Source: Vicinamibacterales bacterium (GTDB taxonomy: Bacteria > Acidobacteriota > Vicinamibacteria > Vicinamibacterales > UBA8438). Taken from it: a stretch of DNA of 64,000 nt. Position numbers and translations under genes: made by a program. Positions 45,269-55,115 of the stretch are shown in pieces (position 1 is the first letter of the stretch; each line of letters begins with the position of its first letter). The notes under the pieces were generated by a model. It was not told where the DNA came from. It saw only the letters and a list, made by a program, of their open reading frames with translations, and ran no database searches. The stretch covers positions 64,993-128,992 of the forward strand of contig OZ252008.1 of NCBI GenBank assembly GCA_965246995.1. The letters run 5' to 3'.

Positions 45269-46339
45269 CTACCGTCCGGCGGCGGCGAGTTCCTCTCGGA
45301 TGATCTGCTCGAAGGTCTCGTACGGCGCGGCGCCCAGCACCGCGCGGCCATTGAGGAACAACGTGGGCGTGGATGACACGCCGTAGTCGTTTCCGATCTC
45401 CATGTCGCGCTCGACGGTGGCGGTGTGGCGTCCGCTGTCGAGGCACGCGGCGAAGGCTTCGGTGTCCAGTTCCAGGTTCTCGGCGTAGGCGTGCAGTTCG
45501 TCAACGCTGAGTGCACCCTGATTGGCAAACATCGTGTCGTGCAGCTCCCAGAACCGGTCCTGCTCGTGCGCGCAGTTGCCCGCCTCCGCCGCCTTGAACG
45601 CGTTCGGATGGCTCGGCAACGGGAAATCCTTGTAGATGAAACGGATCTGGCCGGTGAACTCCTCGAGCAGCCGGTCGACCGTCTCGGTGGCGCGCTGGCA
45701 GAACGGACAATCGAAGTCGGAGAACTCGACAATCTCCACCGGCGCGTCCGCCGGGCCGCGCGCCGGATCCTCGGCGAGCGTTTCGACCATCTGTCGCGGC
45801 GGTTCGAGCATCACCATGACGTCGCCCGCCGCCTCGCGCAACTCGTTCGTGAAAGCGTGCAGCGCCTGCATCGGGCGCTGCTGCTGGATGGCGGCAACGA
45901 TTTCCGGCCGCAGCTCTTCCAGGGTCTGATTCGGGAAGCGATCCTTGTTCCGATCCCAGATCTCCTGGATCTCCTCCTCGGTGACCTCCAGAGTCCGGCT
46001 CGGAAGCTCCGCGATGAGCAGTTCCTCCCGTGTCATGCCACGGGCCGCCGCTTCACGGTCGATCAGTCGGTCGCCCAGGAGAATGTCGAGCGCGCGGCGT
46101 CGCGTCTCGTACACCTCCTGCAGCATCCGCAGGCGAGACGCGGCGTCGTTCGCCCGCCAGGCGTCCTCCACCTCGGCGAACGTCACCTCTATGTCGCCGA
46201 TGCGCGCCACCACGTCGTCGTCGGCCTGCTGCGCGGATACCTCGGCATTGCCGGACGTCAGCAACAGCGCCGTCGCCATCACGGCAGTAAGCGCCGGACC
46301 CCGCGAACGGCGGATCATCCTTCTCTCTGCAAGGGTCAT
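45269..46339 (-). CDS. DsbA-family thiol:disulfide oxidoreductase with N-terminal SurA-N-like chaperone domain
   Basis: ATG at 46339 gives a signal peptide, then a helical domain (VARIGDIEVTFAEVEDAW...) and a thioredoxin fold: PVEIVEFSDFDCPFCQRA...FIYKDFPLPSHPNAF..AAEAGNCA...FWELHD...GVSSTPTLFLNG. Confidence 0.8.
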   Translation of the reverse strand: MTLAERRMIRRSRGPALTAVMATALLLTSGNAEVSAQQADDDVVARIGDIEVTFAEVEDAWRANDAASRLRMLQEVYETRRRALDILLGDRLIDREAAARGMTREELLIAELPSRTLEVTEEEIQEIWDRNKDRFPNQTLEELRPEIVAAIQQQRPMQALHAFTNELREAAGDVMVMLEPPRQMVETLAEDPARGPADAPVEIVEFSDFDCPFCQRATETVDRLLEEFTGQIRFIYKDFPLPSHPNAFKAAEAGNCAHEQDRFWELHDTMFANQGALSVDELHAYAENLELDTEAFAACLDSGRHTATVERDMEIGNDYGVSSTPTLFLNGRAVLGAAPYETFEQIIREELAAAGR

Positions 46340-46374
46340 GCGGCCGACTGTACACCCCGTCCGCACCGGCGTCC

Positions 46375-48012
46375 ATGCGGGATAATGCCCACCCAATGCC
46401 CTCTCATCGTATCCGGGCGCGGGCGGCGCGAGGACAGGCGGGCGAAACGGCGGTCCGGGCGGACACCGGGCTGCTGGCCGCGTATCTCGAGGACGCAGCG
46501 CACTTCCCCGGGGGGCACTCGGCCGGCGTCGCGCGTCCCGCCACGGAGGCGGACGTGTCCGCGCTCGTAACCGGCGGGGCGCCGATACTGCCGGTCGGCG
46601 CGCAGTCGTCACTCACCGGTGGGGCGACGCCGATGGGCGAAATCGTGATCGACATGCAGCGGTTCGACCGGATCGTCCGGATCGGGCCGGACGAAGTGGT
46701 CGCCGAGGCGGGTGTGCCCATCGCGACGCTGCAGGCGGCGCTCGACCGGAGCGATGCTTTCTACCCGCCCGCGCCGACCTTCGACGGTGCGTTCGCGGGT
46801 GGTGTCGTCTCGACCAACGCGGCTGGCGCGGCCACCTTCAAGTACGGCACGACCCGCGATTGGGTGCGGGGGCTGACGGTGGTCCTCGCCTCGGGTGAAG
46901 TGCTCGACATCACGCGGGGCGAGACGACCGCGCATCCCGACGGCTGGTTCGAAGTCGAGACGGTGGGTGAGGTTCGTCGCGTGCCGCTGCCGACGTACCG
47001 CATGCCGGACGTGGTGAAGTGCTCGGCCGGGTACTTCGCTGAACCGGAGATGGACCTGATCGATCTGTTCATCGGCGCGGAGGGGACGCTGGGCGTCATC
47101 ACCGAGATCGCGTTCGCAGTTGTCACCCCGGCGCCGCGGATTGCGATGATCTGGATCCCGCTGGCGAGCGAAACCGCAGCGGTGGATCTGGCCGGGAGAC
47201 TGCGGGAAGCCGGCCTCGACTGCTGGCGCACCGACGGCGCGTCGGGCTTCGACGTCGCGGCCATCGAGCATCTCGACGCGCGCAGCCTCGAGATCGTCCG
47301 GGAGGATGGCGCGGCGCGCCGGCAGGGAATCGCATTGCCTGACGATACGGCGGTAGCGCTGCTCGCGCAGGTGGAACTGCCGGGCGAGGCCGCCGCCGCG
47401 ACCGATCCGGCCGCGGCGTACGCCGAGATCGCCGGGGCCCTCGCGGACGATGGACCCGATTCTCCCCTCGTCCGCCTCTGTCGCCTGCTGGCAGATGCCG
47501 ACGCGCTCGACCGCAGCGAAATCGCGCTTCCCACCGATACGCGGCGGCAGGCCGAACTTGTCGCCTTGCGCGAAGCGGCGCCCGAGGGCATCAACCGGCG
47601 CGTCGGCGAGAGGAAGCGACGCACCGGGACGGCAATCGCCAAGACCGCCGCCGACATGATCGTGCCGTTTGATAAGTTCGCCGAGAGCCTGGCGCTGTTT
47701 CGCGACGCCTTCGAGACACGGCGCCTCGACTATGCCATCTGGGGACACATCTCCGACGGCAACGTGCACCCCAACGTGATCCCGCGTACCATCGATGACG
47801 TCACCCACGGCCGCGAGGCGATTCTCGAATGCGGCCGCGCGATTGTCCGCCTCGGCGGCTCGCCGCTGGCGGAACATGGCGTCGGACGAAACACGGTGAA
47901 GCAGGCGCTGCTGCAACAGTTGTACGGGGTCGACGGCATCAACGAAATGCGAGCCGTCAAGGCGGCGCTCGATCCGGACGGCGTGCTGGCGCCGGGAGTC
48001 CTCTTCCGATGA
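46375..48012 (+). CDS. FAD-linked oxidase/dehydrogenase (GlcD-like, FAD_binding_4 family)
   Basis: ARPATEADVSALV...ILPVGAQSSLTGGATP...VIDMQRFDRIV...VVAEAGV is the FAD-binding PCMH domain. The C-terminal ...WGHISDGNVHPNV...GGSPLAEHGVGR...M..VKAALDPDGVLAPG is typical of the family. Confidence 0.75.
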   Translation: MRDNAHPMPSHRIRARAARGQAGETAVRADTGLLAAYLEDAAHFPGGHSAGVARPATEADVSALVTGGAPILPVGAQSSLTGGATPMGEIVIDMQRFDRIVRIGPDEVVAEAGVPIATLQAALDRSDAFYPPAPTFDGAFAGGVVSTNAAGAATFKYGTTRDWVRGLTVVLASGEVLDITRGETTAHPDGWFEVETVGEVRRVPLPTYRMPDVVKCSAGYFAEPEMDLIDLFIGAEGTLGVITEIAFAVVTPAPRIAMIWIPLASETAAVDLAGRLREAGLDCWRTDGASGFDVAAIEHLDARSLEIVREDGAARRQGIALPDDTAVALLAQVELPGEAAAATDPAAAYAEIAGALADDGPDSPLVRLCRLLADADALDRSEIALPTDTRRQAELVALREAAPEGINRRVGERKRRTGTAIAKTAADMIVPFDKFAESLALFRDAFETRRLDYAIWGHISDGNVHPNVIPRTIDDVTHGREAILECGRAIVRLGGSPLAEHGVGRNTVKQALLQQLYGVDGINEMRAVKAALDPDGVLAPGVLFR

Positions 48013-48371
48013 AGTGGTTCCTTATCCACTGGGTGACGACGGGCGTCGCGCTCGGCGCCGCCGCGTGGATCCTCCCGGGTGTCACCATCCCGTCGATGCG
48101 GGCGCTTGCCGTCGCCTCACTGGTGCTCGGTGTGGTGAACACCGTCGTGAAGCCGGTGCTGGTTGTCCTGACGCTGCCGCTGACGGTGATGTCGCTCGGC
48201 GTCTTCTACTTCGTCGTCAACGGCGTCACTTTCGCGCTGGCCGCGTGGATCGTCCCCGGTTTCGAGGTGGCGTCCTTCTTCTGGGCAATGGCGGGCGCCG
48301 CGCTGGTCGGCCTGATGTCGATGTTCATCGGCAGCTTCCGCTCCCGCCCACACGACCCGTACCGCGCGTAG
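48009..48371 (+). CDS. Four-helix membrane protein, Phage_holin_4_2 / DUF360 (YvlD-like) family
   Basis: The ATG overlaps the upstream stop (ATGA). The sequence reads MKWFLIHWVTTGVALGAAAWILPGV...LVLGVVNTVVKPVLVVLTLPLTVMSLGVFYFVVNGVTFALAAWIVPGF... Confidence 0.65.
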   Translation: MKWFLIHWVTTGVALGAAAWILPGVTIPSMRALAVASLVLGVVNTVVKPVLVVLTLPLTVMSLGVFYFVVNGVTFALAAWIVPGFEVASFFWAMAGAALVGLMSMFIGSFRSRPHDPYRA

Positions 48372-48397
48372 CTCTTGTCGCTGGTAAAGGCGCGGGC

Positions 48398-50755
48398 TTA
48401 CAACCCGACGCGTCGGAGACGCAGCGCGTTCCCGATCACCGAGAGTGAACTCATCGTCATCGCCGCGCTCGCCCAGATCGGGCTGATCAGCAACCCGATG
48501 ACCGGATAGAGCACGCCCGCCGCCACCGGTACTCCCACGCCGTTGTAGATGAACGCGAGAAACAGGTTCTGCCGGATGTTCCGCATCGTCGCACGGCTCA
48601 GCCGCCGCGCCCGGACGATGCCGCGCAGGTCCCCCCGGACCAGCGTGACCCCGGCGCTCTCCATGGCGACATCGGTCCCGGTTCCCATGGCGATCCCGAC
48701 CGCCGCCTCCGCCAGCGCCGGCGCGTCGTTGATCCCATCCCCCGCCATCGCGACGACACGTCCGGCTGCCTGCTCATCCGCCACAATCTGCCGCTTGTCG
48801 GCTGGCAGCACATCGGCGCGGACGTCGCCCGGGTCAATTCCCACTTGTGCCGCCACCGCGCCGGCCGTCGCGTGGTTGTCTCCCGTCGCCATGACGACAC
48901 GGATCCCCTCCGCACGCAGCATCCCAATCGCTTCGACGGCCGAGTCCTTGACCGGATCGACGACGCCGATGATTCCTGCGGCTTGATCATCCACCGCCAC
49001 GAACACGACGGTCTCGCCGCGACCGCGCGCCGGCTCTGCATCGGCTGTCAGCGCCGCAACGTCGACGCCGCGGTCCGCGAGGAACGCCGCCGTTCCGATG
49101 GCCACCCGTCTGCCCTCCACGCGCCCGGTCACGCCGCGGCCGGGCTGATAGTCGAAGTCGGTCGCCGTCGCCGCCGCCCCTCCGCGCGGCTCCGCCGCCT
49201 TGACGATGGCCGCCGCGAGCGGATGCTCGCTGGTCCGTTCCAGACCGGCCGCCAGCCGGACCAGTTCGTCGCCGTCGAACGGTCCCGCGACCGTCTGCAC
49301 CTTCGGTCGTCCTTCCGTGAGCGTTCCGGTCTTGTCAACGATGAGCGTGTTGACCCGCTCCAGCGTCTGCAACGCCTCGGCGTCGCGGATCAGCACGCCG
49401 TCGGTGGCGCCGCGGCCCGTGCCGACCATGATCGCCATCGGCGTGGCGAGGCCAAGCGCACAGGGACAAGCGATGATCAGGACGGCGACGGCGCTCAACA
49501 GCGCGAAAGCGAGGCGCGGTTCCGGACCGGCGACGGCCCAGGCGACGAACGCGGCGATCGCGACCGTGACGACAGCAGGCACGAAGATGCCTGCCACCCG
49601 GTCGGCGACACTCTGAATCGGCGCCCGGCTGCGCTGGGCGTCGGACACCATCTGGACGATGCGCGAGAGCAACGTGTCGCTGCCGACCCGTTCGGCGCGC
49701 ATCACCAGGCTCCCGGTGCCATTCATGGTGGCGCCCACCACGTTTGAGCCCGCGTCCTTCTCGACCGGGATCGGTTCACCGCTGATCATCGATTCGTCGA
49801 CCGCACTTCGCCCCCCGGTGACGACGCCGTCCACCGGGATCCGCTCTCCCGGCCGCACCCGCAGGAGGTCGCCGACCTGGACCTCGGCGAGCGGCACCTC
49901 CGCGTCCCCAGTCGCCATGACCCGGTGCGCGACGGGCGGTGCGAGGTCGAGCAGGGCGCGCAGCGCGGCGCCGGTCCGGTGACGTGCGCGCAGTTCGAGC
50001 ACCTGGCCCAGCAGCACCAGAACCACGATCACGACCGCGGTGTCGAAGTACGGCTCCACGCCACCGTTCATCTGGAAACCGGCGGGAAACACGCCGGGGA
50101 CGATGGTGGCGGCCGCGCTGTAGACGAACGCGGTCCCGACGCCCAGGGCGATCAGCGTGAACATGTTCGGACTACGGTTCACCACCGATGTCCAGGCGCG
50201 CTCGAAGAAGGGACGGCCCGCCCAGACGACGACCGGCGTTGCGCAAGCGAACTGCAGCCAGTTCGAAACCGCGCGGCTGATCGGCAGCCCGCCGGCGCCC
50301 GCCAGCATCTCGGTCATCGCCAGGGCGAACACCGGAAAACCGATCGCCGCCGCGATCCAGAACCGGCGTCGCATGTCGATCAGCTCGAGATTCGGTCCTT
50401 CGTCCGCCGTCACCATGAGCGGCTGGAGCGCCATGCCGCAACTGGGGCAGGGCACCGGTTCGGTCTCGCGGACGTCGGGACACATCGGGCAGACGTACAC
50501 CGTGCCCGGAGGCGCTGGCGCTGCCTCGACGGCTGCGTGGTCGCCGTGCATCGCTGCATGATCGCCATGCATCGCCGGCGCGGCAGCGGCGGTCTCGGCC
50601 GCATGCTTCAGGAAGGCCTCGGGATCCTGCTGGAACGCAGCGTGGCAGCCGCCGCCGCAGAAGTGATACGTCGTGCCGGCGTAGTCGAAGGAGAACCGGG
50701 ACTTGTCAGGGTCCACCGTCATGCCGCAGACGGGGTCCCGCGTAGCGACAGGCAT
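48398..50755 (-). CDS. copA: Copper-translocating P1B-type ATPase with N-terminal TRASH/YHS and zinc-ribbon metal-binding domains
   Basis: ATG at 50755 gives [41 protein letters not shown] (TRASH/YHS), a duplicated AMHGDHA motif, and [24 protein letters not shown]. The ATPase core follows: [13 protein letters not shown] (CPC), [23 protein letters not shown]. The listed 867-aa ORF has a spurious 82-codon extension. Confidence 0.9.
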   Translation of the reverse strand: MPVATRDPVCGMTVDPDKSRFSFDYAGTTYHFCGGGCHAAFQQDPEAFLKHAAETAAAAPAMHGDHAAMHGDHAAVEAAPAPPGTVYVCPMCPDVRETEPVPCPSCGMALQPLMVTADEGPNLELIDMRRRFWIAAAIGFPVFALAMTEMLAGAGGLPISRAVSNWLQFACATPVVVWAGRPFFERAWTSVVNRSPNMFTLIALGVGTAFVYSAAATIVPGVFPAGFQMNGGVEPYFDTAVVIVVLVLLGQVLELRARHRTGAALRALLDLAPPVAHRVMATGDAEVPLAEVQVGDLLRVRPGERIPVDGVVTGGRSAVDESMISGEPIPVEKDAGSNVVGATMNGTGSLVMRAERVGSDTLLSRIVQMVSDAQRSRAPIQSVADRVAGIFVPAVVTVAIAAFVAWAVAGPEPRLAFALLSAVAVLIIACPCALGLATPMAIMVGTGRGATDGVLIRDAEALQTLERVNTLIVDKTGTLTEGRPKVQTVAGPFDGDELVRLAAGLERTSEHPLAAAIVKAAEPRGGAAATATDFDYQPGRGVTGRVEGRRVAIGTAAFLADRGVDVAALTADAEPARGRGETVVFVAVDDQAAGIIGVVDPVKDSAVEAIGMLRAEGIRVVMATGDNHATAGAVAAQVGIDPGDVRADVLPADKRQIVADEQAAGRVVAMAGDGINDAPALAEAAVGIAMGTGTDVAMESAGVTLVRGDLRGIVRARRLSRATMRNIRQNLFLAFIYNGVGVPVAAGVLYPVIGLLISPIWASAAMTMSSLSVIGNALRLRRVGL

Positions 50756-50787
50756 GAAGCGATGATAGCCCGTGGCTAGCGCCCGGG

Positions 50788-51459
50788 CTACGCGCCGAGC
50801 GCCTGCGCGACGAACGTCGCTTCGGGGAGCGCGCCGACGATTTCGATCGTGTCGTCCACCAACGTCTTCGGCACGCCGGTGACCCGGTACAACTGCGCCA
50901 GGTCCGGGAACTCGATCGCCTGGATCACCGTCGTGGTGATGCGCGGACTCGCCGCCGCCAGACGCATGGCCAGGCTGACCGCCTGGGGACAGAACCGTCA
51001 AGTGGGGGTGACGAACACGCGCAGGTTGACGTCGCGGTCGAGCGCCTCGACCGTGTCGAGCGTCTCGTCGCTAAGCGCCGCCTTGCCGGCCGCCACCGCG
51101 GCGGCTCCGCCTGCCGCCACGAGTTCGATCGCTTCGATGACCGATTCCAGCTCGAAGCCGGCCGGCACTCCGTAGTAGCGAATGCCCAAGTCCCCCACGC
51201 CGCCGTCGTCTCCGGGGCCCTCGACCGCAAGCGCGGGCGCCCGGTCGACGCCGTACTTCGCCGCCTCGTCCTTGTCCAGCGCGAGGTTGTGCTCCACGAC
51301 GGTCAACTGATCCGACATTGCCGCGAGCCGGTCGACCACCTGCCGCGCCAACAGGCAACCGTCGCAATCGAAAGTCTGCGTGAAGAAGACCAGACGGACC
51401 GGCGCCTGGAGAGCGGCGAGACGAGACTCGAGACGGGTGGACGCGCCGCCGAAATCCAT
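50788..51459 (-). CDS. Two-unit thioredoxin-fold protein (PDO / AhpF-N-terminal / glutaredoxin-like), predicted selenoprotein with in-frame UGA at 50998-51000
   Basis: Unit 1 reads [22 protein letters not shown]...[14 protein letters not shown]. The ORF track stops at TGA, but the same frame continues for 69 codons to TAG (50788-50790): ...NLRVFVTPT-[TGA][49 protein letters not shown]...[13 protein letters not shown]. This is the canonical second unit (TPTCPxCP...FPDLA..Y.V..VP) with TGA in place of the first Cys. Confidence 0.6.
50970..50986 (-). promoter_or_regulatory. Putative bacterial SECIS hairpin
   Basis: The mRNA reads UGA-CGGUUCUGUCC-CCAGGC-GGUCA-GCCUGG. This is a 6-bp GC-rich stem starting 12 nt after the UGA, with an apical loop GGUCA (GGUC at +18..+21). 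As far as I recall, this is comparable in spacing and loop content to the E. coli fdhF SECIS. Confidence 0.5.
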
Positions 51460-51978
51460 TTACTTGAACAGGTCGTCGAACGCCTGCCGCGCGCTCGCTG
51501 GGTCGGGCGAGGCCTCCGACGGTTGTGACGACGACGACGCTGACGACGACGCATCCGAAGAGACTGCAGGCGCTGGCGTGGCTCGGGAGTGTGTTTCCCG
51601 TTCGACCGTTACACGCGCTTCGAAGAAGGTGCAGTCGTTACGCCCATCCTTCGGTGATACTCGTTTCGGGATCGGCCGCGCGCACTCCAGCGTTTGACTG
51701 GTGTCGAACCAGGTGCACTGTGCGCAACTGTGGAGATCGGCGCCGCACCCCTCACACTGCGTATCGAACCGGATAAAGGCGGAATCCAGCGCGTGCCCGC
51801 AACGGGCGCACTTCATCACTTCCTGGAACGCGGGCATGTTCATCGCGCGCGGCTCGCGCGATCCATAGCCACGCCTCGGGCGGCCATCACCCTTGGGACG
51901 ACGATCACGGTCCAGAACTCGGCCCGGACGGTCGCGTTCGTCTTCCAGGTATCCGCGTTGTTCGTACTTCCTCAACAT
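51460..51978 (-). CDS. Cys-rich zinc-ribbon protein of unknown function
   Basis: 172 aa. A basic N-terminus (MLRKYEQRGYLEDERDRPGR...) is followed by KCARCGHALD...QCEGCGADLHSCAQCTWFD...ECARP...DCTFFE and a Ser/Ala/Pro-rich tail. Its stop abuts the start of the predicted selenoprotein gene (51460/51459), so they are likely co-transcribed. Confidence 0.5.
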   Translation of the reverse strand: MLRKYEQRGYLEDERDRPGRVLDRDRRPKGDGRPRRGYGSREPRAMNMPAFQEVMKCARCGHALDSAFIRFDTQCEGCGADLHSCAQCTWFDTSQTLECARPIPKRVSPKDGRNDCTFFEARVTVERETHSRATPAPAVSSDASSSASSSSQPSEASPDPASARQAFDDLFK

Positions 51979-52102
51979 GGAGCCGGGTGGCGGGTACTAT
52001 CGATTTAATCCAACTTGCCGCCGTTTGTCCAGACCGCCGGCGACCCGGGCGGCGCCGGCAACCCCGCGGCGACGCGTATCAGGGCAGTCGGACGCACCCT
52101 GG

Positions 52103-53089
52103 TTACCATTCTTCCTTCTCCGTATCGAGGCCCGCTTGTCCCGCCGCCGCCTCTACGTCCGCCATTCCCAGAGCGTTCCCGCAGATGAGCAGGACCGTCC
52201 GACCCGCCGGCATCCGGCCGTGCAGGCCCTCGGCGGTCAGGTGGCGCGGAAGTACGGCCGGCTCGGCTCGCGCCACGGCCGGCTCGGCCCGATCGATACC
52301 GCTTCCTGCCGCCCGCGCCGCGTCCAGCGCCAGCGCCTCGGCGGCCGGCAACCCGAGGACGTGGCGGAGGATGTTGCTGGCACGACCGACACCCACCAGG
52401 CCAGCGGCGCGGTCGTGCCTTCCCGGTCGGCTGACAGTCGGCACGTAGACGAAATCGAACGCGCGCGCCCGTTCGATCTCCAGCAATTCCCCGTGGTACG
52501 CCAGTTCATCATGTGTCCGGTTGCCGTGGATCAGCGTGAAACGGCGATCGTCGCGCCGCCCCGTCACGGCGGCGTGATGCAACTGCTTCACCATTGAGAC
52601 AAAGGGCGCCAGCCCCGTCCCCGTCCCGACCATCACCACATGGTCATACCCGTCGGCGCGTTCCGCCAGCGTGAAAGTCCCCGCGATGCGATCGACGTAT
52701 ACCAGTTGCCGATCCTCATCCGTGTCCATCCGCAGCAGCATCGAACTGAGCCGCCCCGACACGCCCTCGCGGCTGATTGTCAGAACGACATAGAACTCCA
52801 GATAGCCGCAATCCTGTTCCCAGGGCGCCGATGCGATGGAGTAGGCGCGGACTATCCGTCCGGTGCGCGGCGTCCCGTCTGCGTCGGTGTCCGGCACGTA
52901 CCCTGGCCGCCGGGCCGGCCCGGCGCCGGCCCGCTTCGTGAGCGGCACATCGTCGCGCCCGAGTGCAATGTACTGCCCGGCTACCGACGGTGGAAACGCT
53001 TGCCCCAGCTCCGGCGCGAGGCGAAAGATCGCGAGGATGGGCGAAAGATCGCGCTTGTAGATTATCGTCCCGGTGCGCCGTGCTGCCAT
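52103..53089 (-). CDS. Ferredoxin-NADP+ reductase-type FAD/NAD(P)-binding oxidoreductase
   Basis: ATG at 53089. Motifs are GQYIALG, RAYSIAS (the RxYS FAD motif), VMVGTGTGLAPFVSM (NAD(P) binding) and LICGN. The sequence contains a short in-frame direct repeat (RAEPAVARAEPAV). Confidence 0.7.
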   Translation of the reverse strand: MAARRTGTIIYKRDLSPILAIFRLAPELGQAFPPSVAGQYIALGRDDVPLTKRAGAGPARRPGYVPDTDADGTPRTGRIVRAYSIASAPWEQDCGYLEFYVVLTISREGVSGRLSSMLLRMDTDEDRQLVYVDRIAGTFTLAERADGYDHVVMVGTGTGLAPFVSMVKQLHHAAVTGRRDDRRFTLIHGNRTHDELAYHGELLEIERARAFDFVYVPTVSRPGRHDRAAGLVGVGRASNILRHVLGLPAAEALALDAARAAGSGIDRAEPAVARAEPAVLPRHLTAEGLHGRMPAGRTVLLICGNALGMADVEAAAGQAGLDTEKEEW

Positions 53090-53181
53090 GGCTCCATTAT
53101 CTCGCACACGATGTCGGGCGCGATATCGCGCGCGCGCCGGGAATCCACGTAGCGGACGGTTTGATACCATCCAAGAAGACG

Positions 53182-54411
53182 ATGGCTTCGCTGGACGAAC
53201 TGAAGATCGACCGGTCCCGGCGTCGGCGAAACTGGATCGCACCGCTGATCGGCGTGATCGGAATCATCGCGATCACGAGCGCCGGCGGGTTCGCAGCCTG
53301 GCGGTGGTGGGACGCCTCGCAAATTCCGACAGTGCGGACGGTCGCGGTGCGCCAGACGGTTGCCGGGGATCTGCAGCCGACGGTGCTGAATGCGTCGGGA
53401 TATGTGACGGCGCGGCTCCAGTCCACCGTTTCCTCCAAGGTGACCGGCCGGATCCTGGACGTGCTGGTCGAGGAAGGGATGGAGGTACGCGAAGGCCAGG
53501 TGCTTGCGCGACTGGACGATACAACCGAACGGTCGCGTCTGGCGCTGAGCGAGGCGCAACTGCAGGCCCAGCGGGGCGCGCTGGCCGAGATGGCAGTGCG
53601 TCACGAAGAGGCGGTCCTCGACCTCCGGCGACACGAGCAGCTGCTCGAAGCGGGGATTGTCGGTCAGGCGGAGTTCGACACCGCCAGGGCGGAAGCGGAC
53701 TCGTTGCGAGCGCGGATTGCGAATCAGCGGGAACAGATCGTCGTTGCGGAACGGCAGATCGATCTGCAGCGAACCGCCATCGACGACATGGTGATCCGCG
53801 CGCCGTTCAGCGGCGTCGCCATCTCGAAGGACGCGCAGCCCGGGGAGATGATCTCGCCCGTGAGCGCCGGGGGCGGCTTTACGCGGACGGGAATCTGCAC
53901 CCTGGTCGACATGTCGTCGCTCGAGATCGAAGTCGACGTGAACGAGAGCTATATCGGCCGGGTGGAACCGGAGCAGCGGGTGGTGGCGAACCTCGACGCC
54001 TACCCGGAGTGGGACATCCCGGGATCGGTCATCACCACCATCCCGGCGGCGGACCGTCAGCGGGCGACGGTGCTGGTGCGGATTGCGTTCGATGAACTGG
54101 GCGATCCGCGCATCCTGCCCGACATGGGGGTGAACGTCGCGTTCCTCGAAGCCGCCGCGACGGTGGCGGTGGCGGTGGACGATGCGGAGGCGAGGCCGCG
54201 GCTCTGGATTCCGTCGGATGCCGTGCGGGACGAGGGGGAGACTAGTGCTATATTCCTGCTGCGGGGAGACACGGCAGAGCGGCGTGCGGTGACGCTGGGC
54301 CTCGAGGACGGGGGCGAGATCGAGGTGCTGTCGGGGGTGACGCTGAGCGATCGCGTGATCGCGGCGCCGCCGCCGGAGCTGGGCGACGGGGATCGGGTAG
54401 TGACGGAGTAG
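53182..54411 (+). CDS. Efflux transporter periplasmic adaptor (HlyD/MacA family)
   Basis: ATG at 53182. A membrane anchor is followed by a lipoyl-like hairpin (NASGYVTARLQSTVSSKVTGRILDVLVEEGMEVREGQVLARLDD), a coiled coil, IRAPFSGV and a beta-barrel domain. It sits upstream of MacB-type ABC genes. Confidence 0.8.
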   Translation: MASLDELKIDRSRRRRNWIAPLIGVIGIIAITSAGGFAAWRWWDASQIPTVRTVAVRQTVAGDLQPTVLNASGYVTARLQSTVSSKVTGRILDVLVEEGMEVREGQVLARLDDTTERSRLALSEAQLQAQRGALAEMAVRHEEAVLDLRRHEQLLEAGIVGQAEFDTARAEADSLRARIANQREQIVVAERQIDLQRTAIDDMVIRAPFSGVAISKDAQPGEMISPVSAGGGFTRTGICTLVDMSSLEIEVDVNESYIGRVEPEQRVVANLDAYPEWDIPGSVITTIPAADRQRATVLVRIAFDELGDPRILPDMGVNVAFLEAAATVAVAVDDAEARPRLWIPSDAVRDEGETSAIFLLRGDTAERRAVTLGLEDGGEIEVLSGVTLSDRVIAAPPPELGDGDRVVTE

Positions 54412-54419
54412 TTGCCGGG

Positions 54420-55115
54420 ATGGCTGAAAACGGGACACTGGTCGAGGTTCGCAACCTGCACAAGGAATACCGGCGGGGCTCGGAGCGGATTGACGTGCTG
54501 CAGGGAGTGACGCTCGACATGCCGCAGGGCGACTATCTGGCCCTGATGGGGCCGTCCGGCTCCGGGAAGACGACGCTGCTCAACCTGCTGGGGGGGCTCG
54601 ACACACCGAGCGAGGGGTCGGTCATCGTCGGCGGCGACCGGATCGACCGTATGTCGGGCGGCAAGCTCGCGCATTGGCGCGCGCGGCACATCGGCTTTGT
54701 CTTCCAGCTCTACAACCTGCTGCCGGTACTGACGGCGGAGCGGAACGTCGAGCTGCCCCTGCTGCTGACGCCGCTGTCGCGCGCCGAGCGGAGGAAGCAT
54801 GTGGCGACCGCGCTCGAAGTGGTCAGCCTCTCGGACCGGGCGAAGCACTACCCACGGCAGCTCTCCGGCGGACAGGAGCAGCGGGTCGGCATCGCGCGCG
54901 CCATCGTCACCGACCCCACGCTGCTGCTCTGCGACGAGCCGACCGGCGACCTCGACCGGAAGTCGGGCGACGAGATTCTCGACCTCCTCGACGCGCTCAA
55001 CCGGGAGCACGGCAAGACGATCGTCATGGTGACGCATGACGCACATGCCGCCGCCCGAGCGCGGCGCACCCTACACCTGAACAAGGGGTCCCTCTCGACG
55101 GAGCCGGTCGCGTGA
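54420..55115 (+). CDS. ABC transporter ATP-binding protein (MacB/LolD type)
   Basis: Walker A GPSGSGKTTLLN, Q-loop FVFQ, signature LSGGQEQRVGIARA, Walker B LLLCDEPTGDLD and H-loop VTHD are all present. Confidence 0.9.
   Translation: MAENGTLVEVRNLHKEYRRGSERIDVLQGVTLDMPQGDYLALMGPSGSGKTTLLNLLGGLDTPSEGSVIVGGDRIDRMSGGKLAHWRARHIGFVFQLYNLLPVLTAERNVELPLLLTPLSRAERRKHVATALEVVSLSDRAKHYPRQLSGGQEQRVGIARAIVTDPTLLLCDEPTGDLDRKSGDEILDLLDALNREHGKTIVMVTHDAHAAARARRTLHLNKGSLSTEPVA

Noticed and set aside
52254-52288. A 21-bp-period direct repeat (acggccggctcggc twice) gives RAEPAVARAEPAV in the FNR-like reductase.
   Set aside because: It is a short in-frame duplication in a surface-loop-like region, only partly identical, with no evidence of function or variability.
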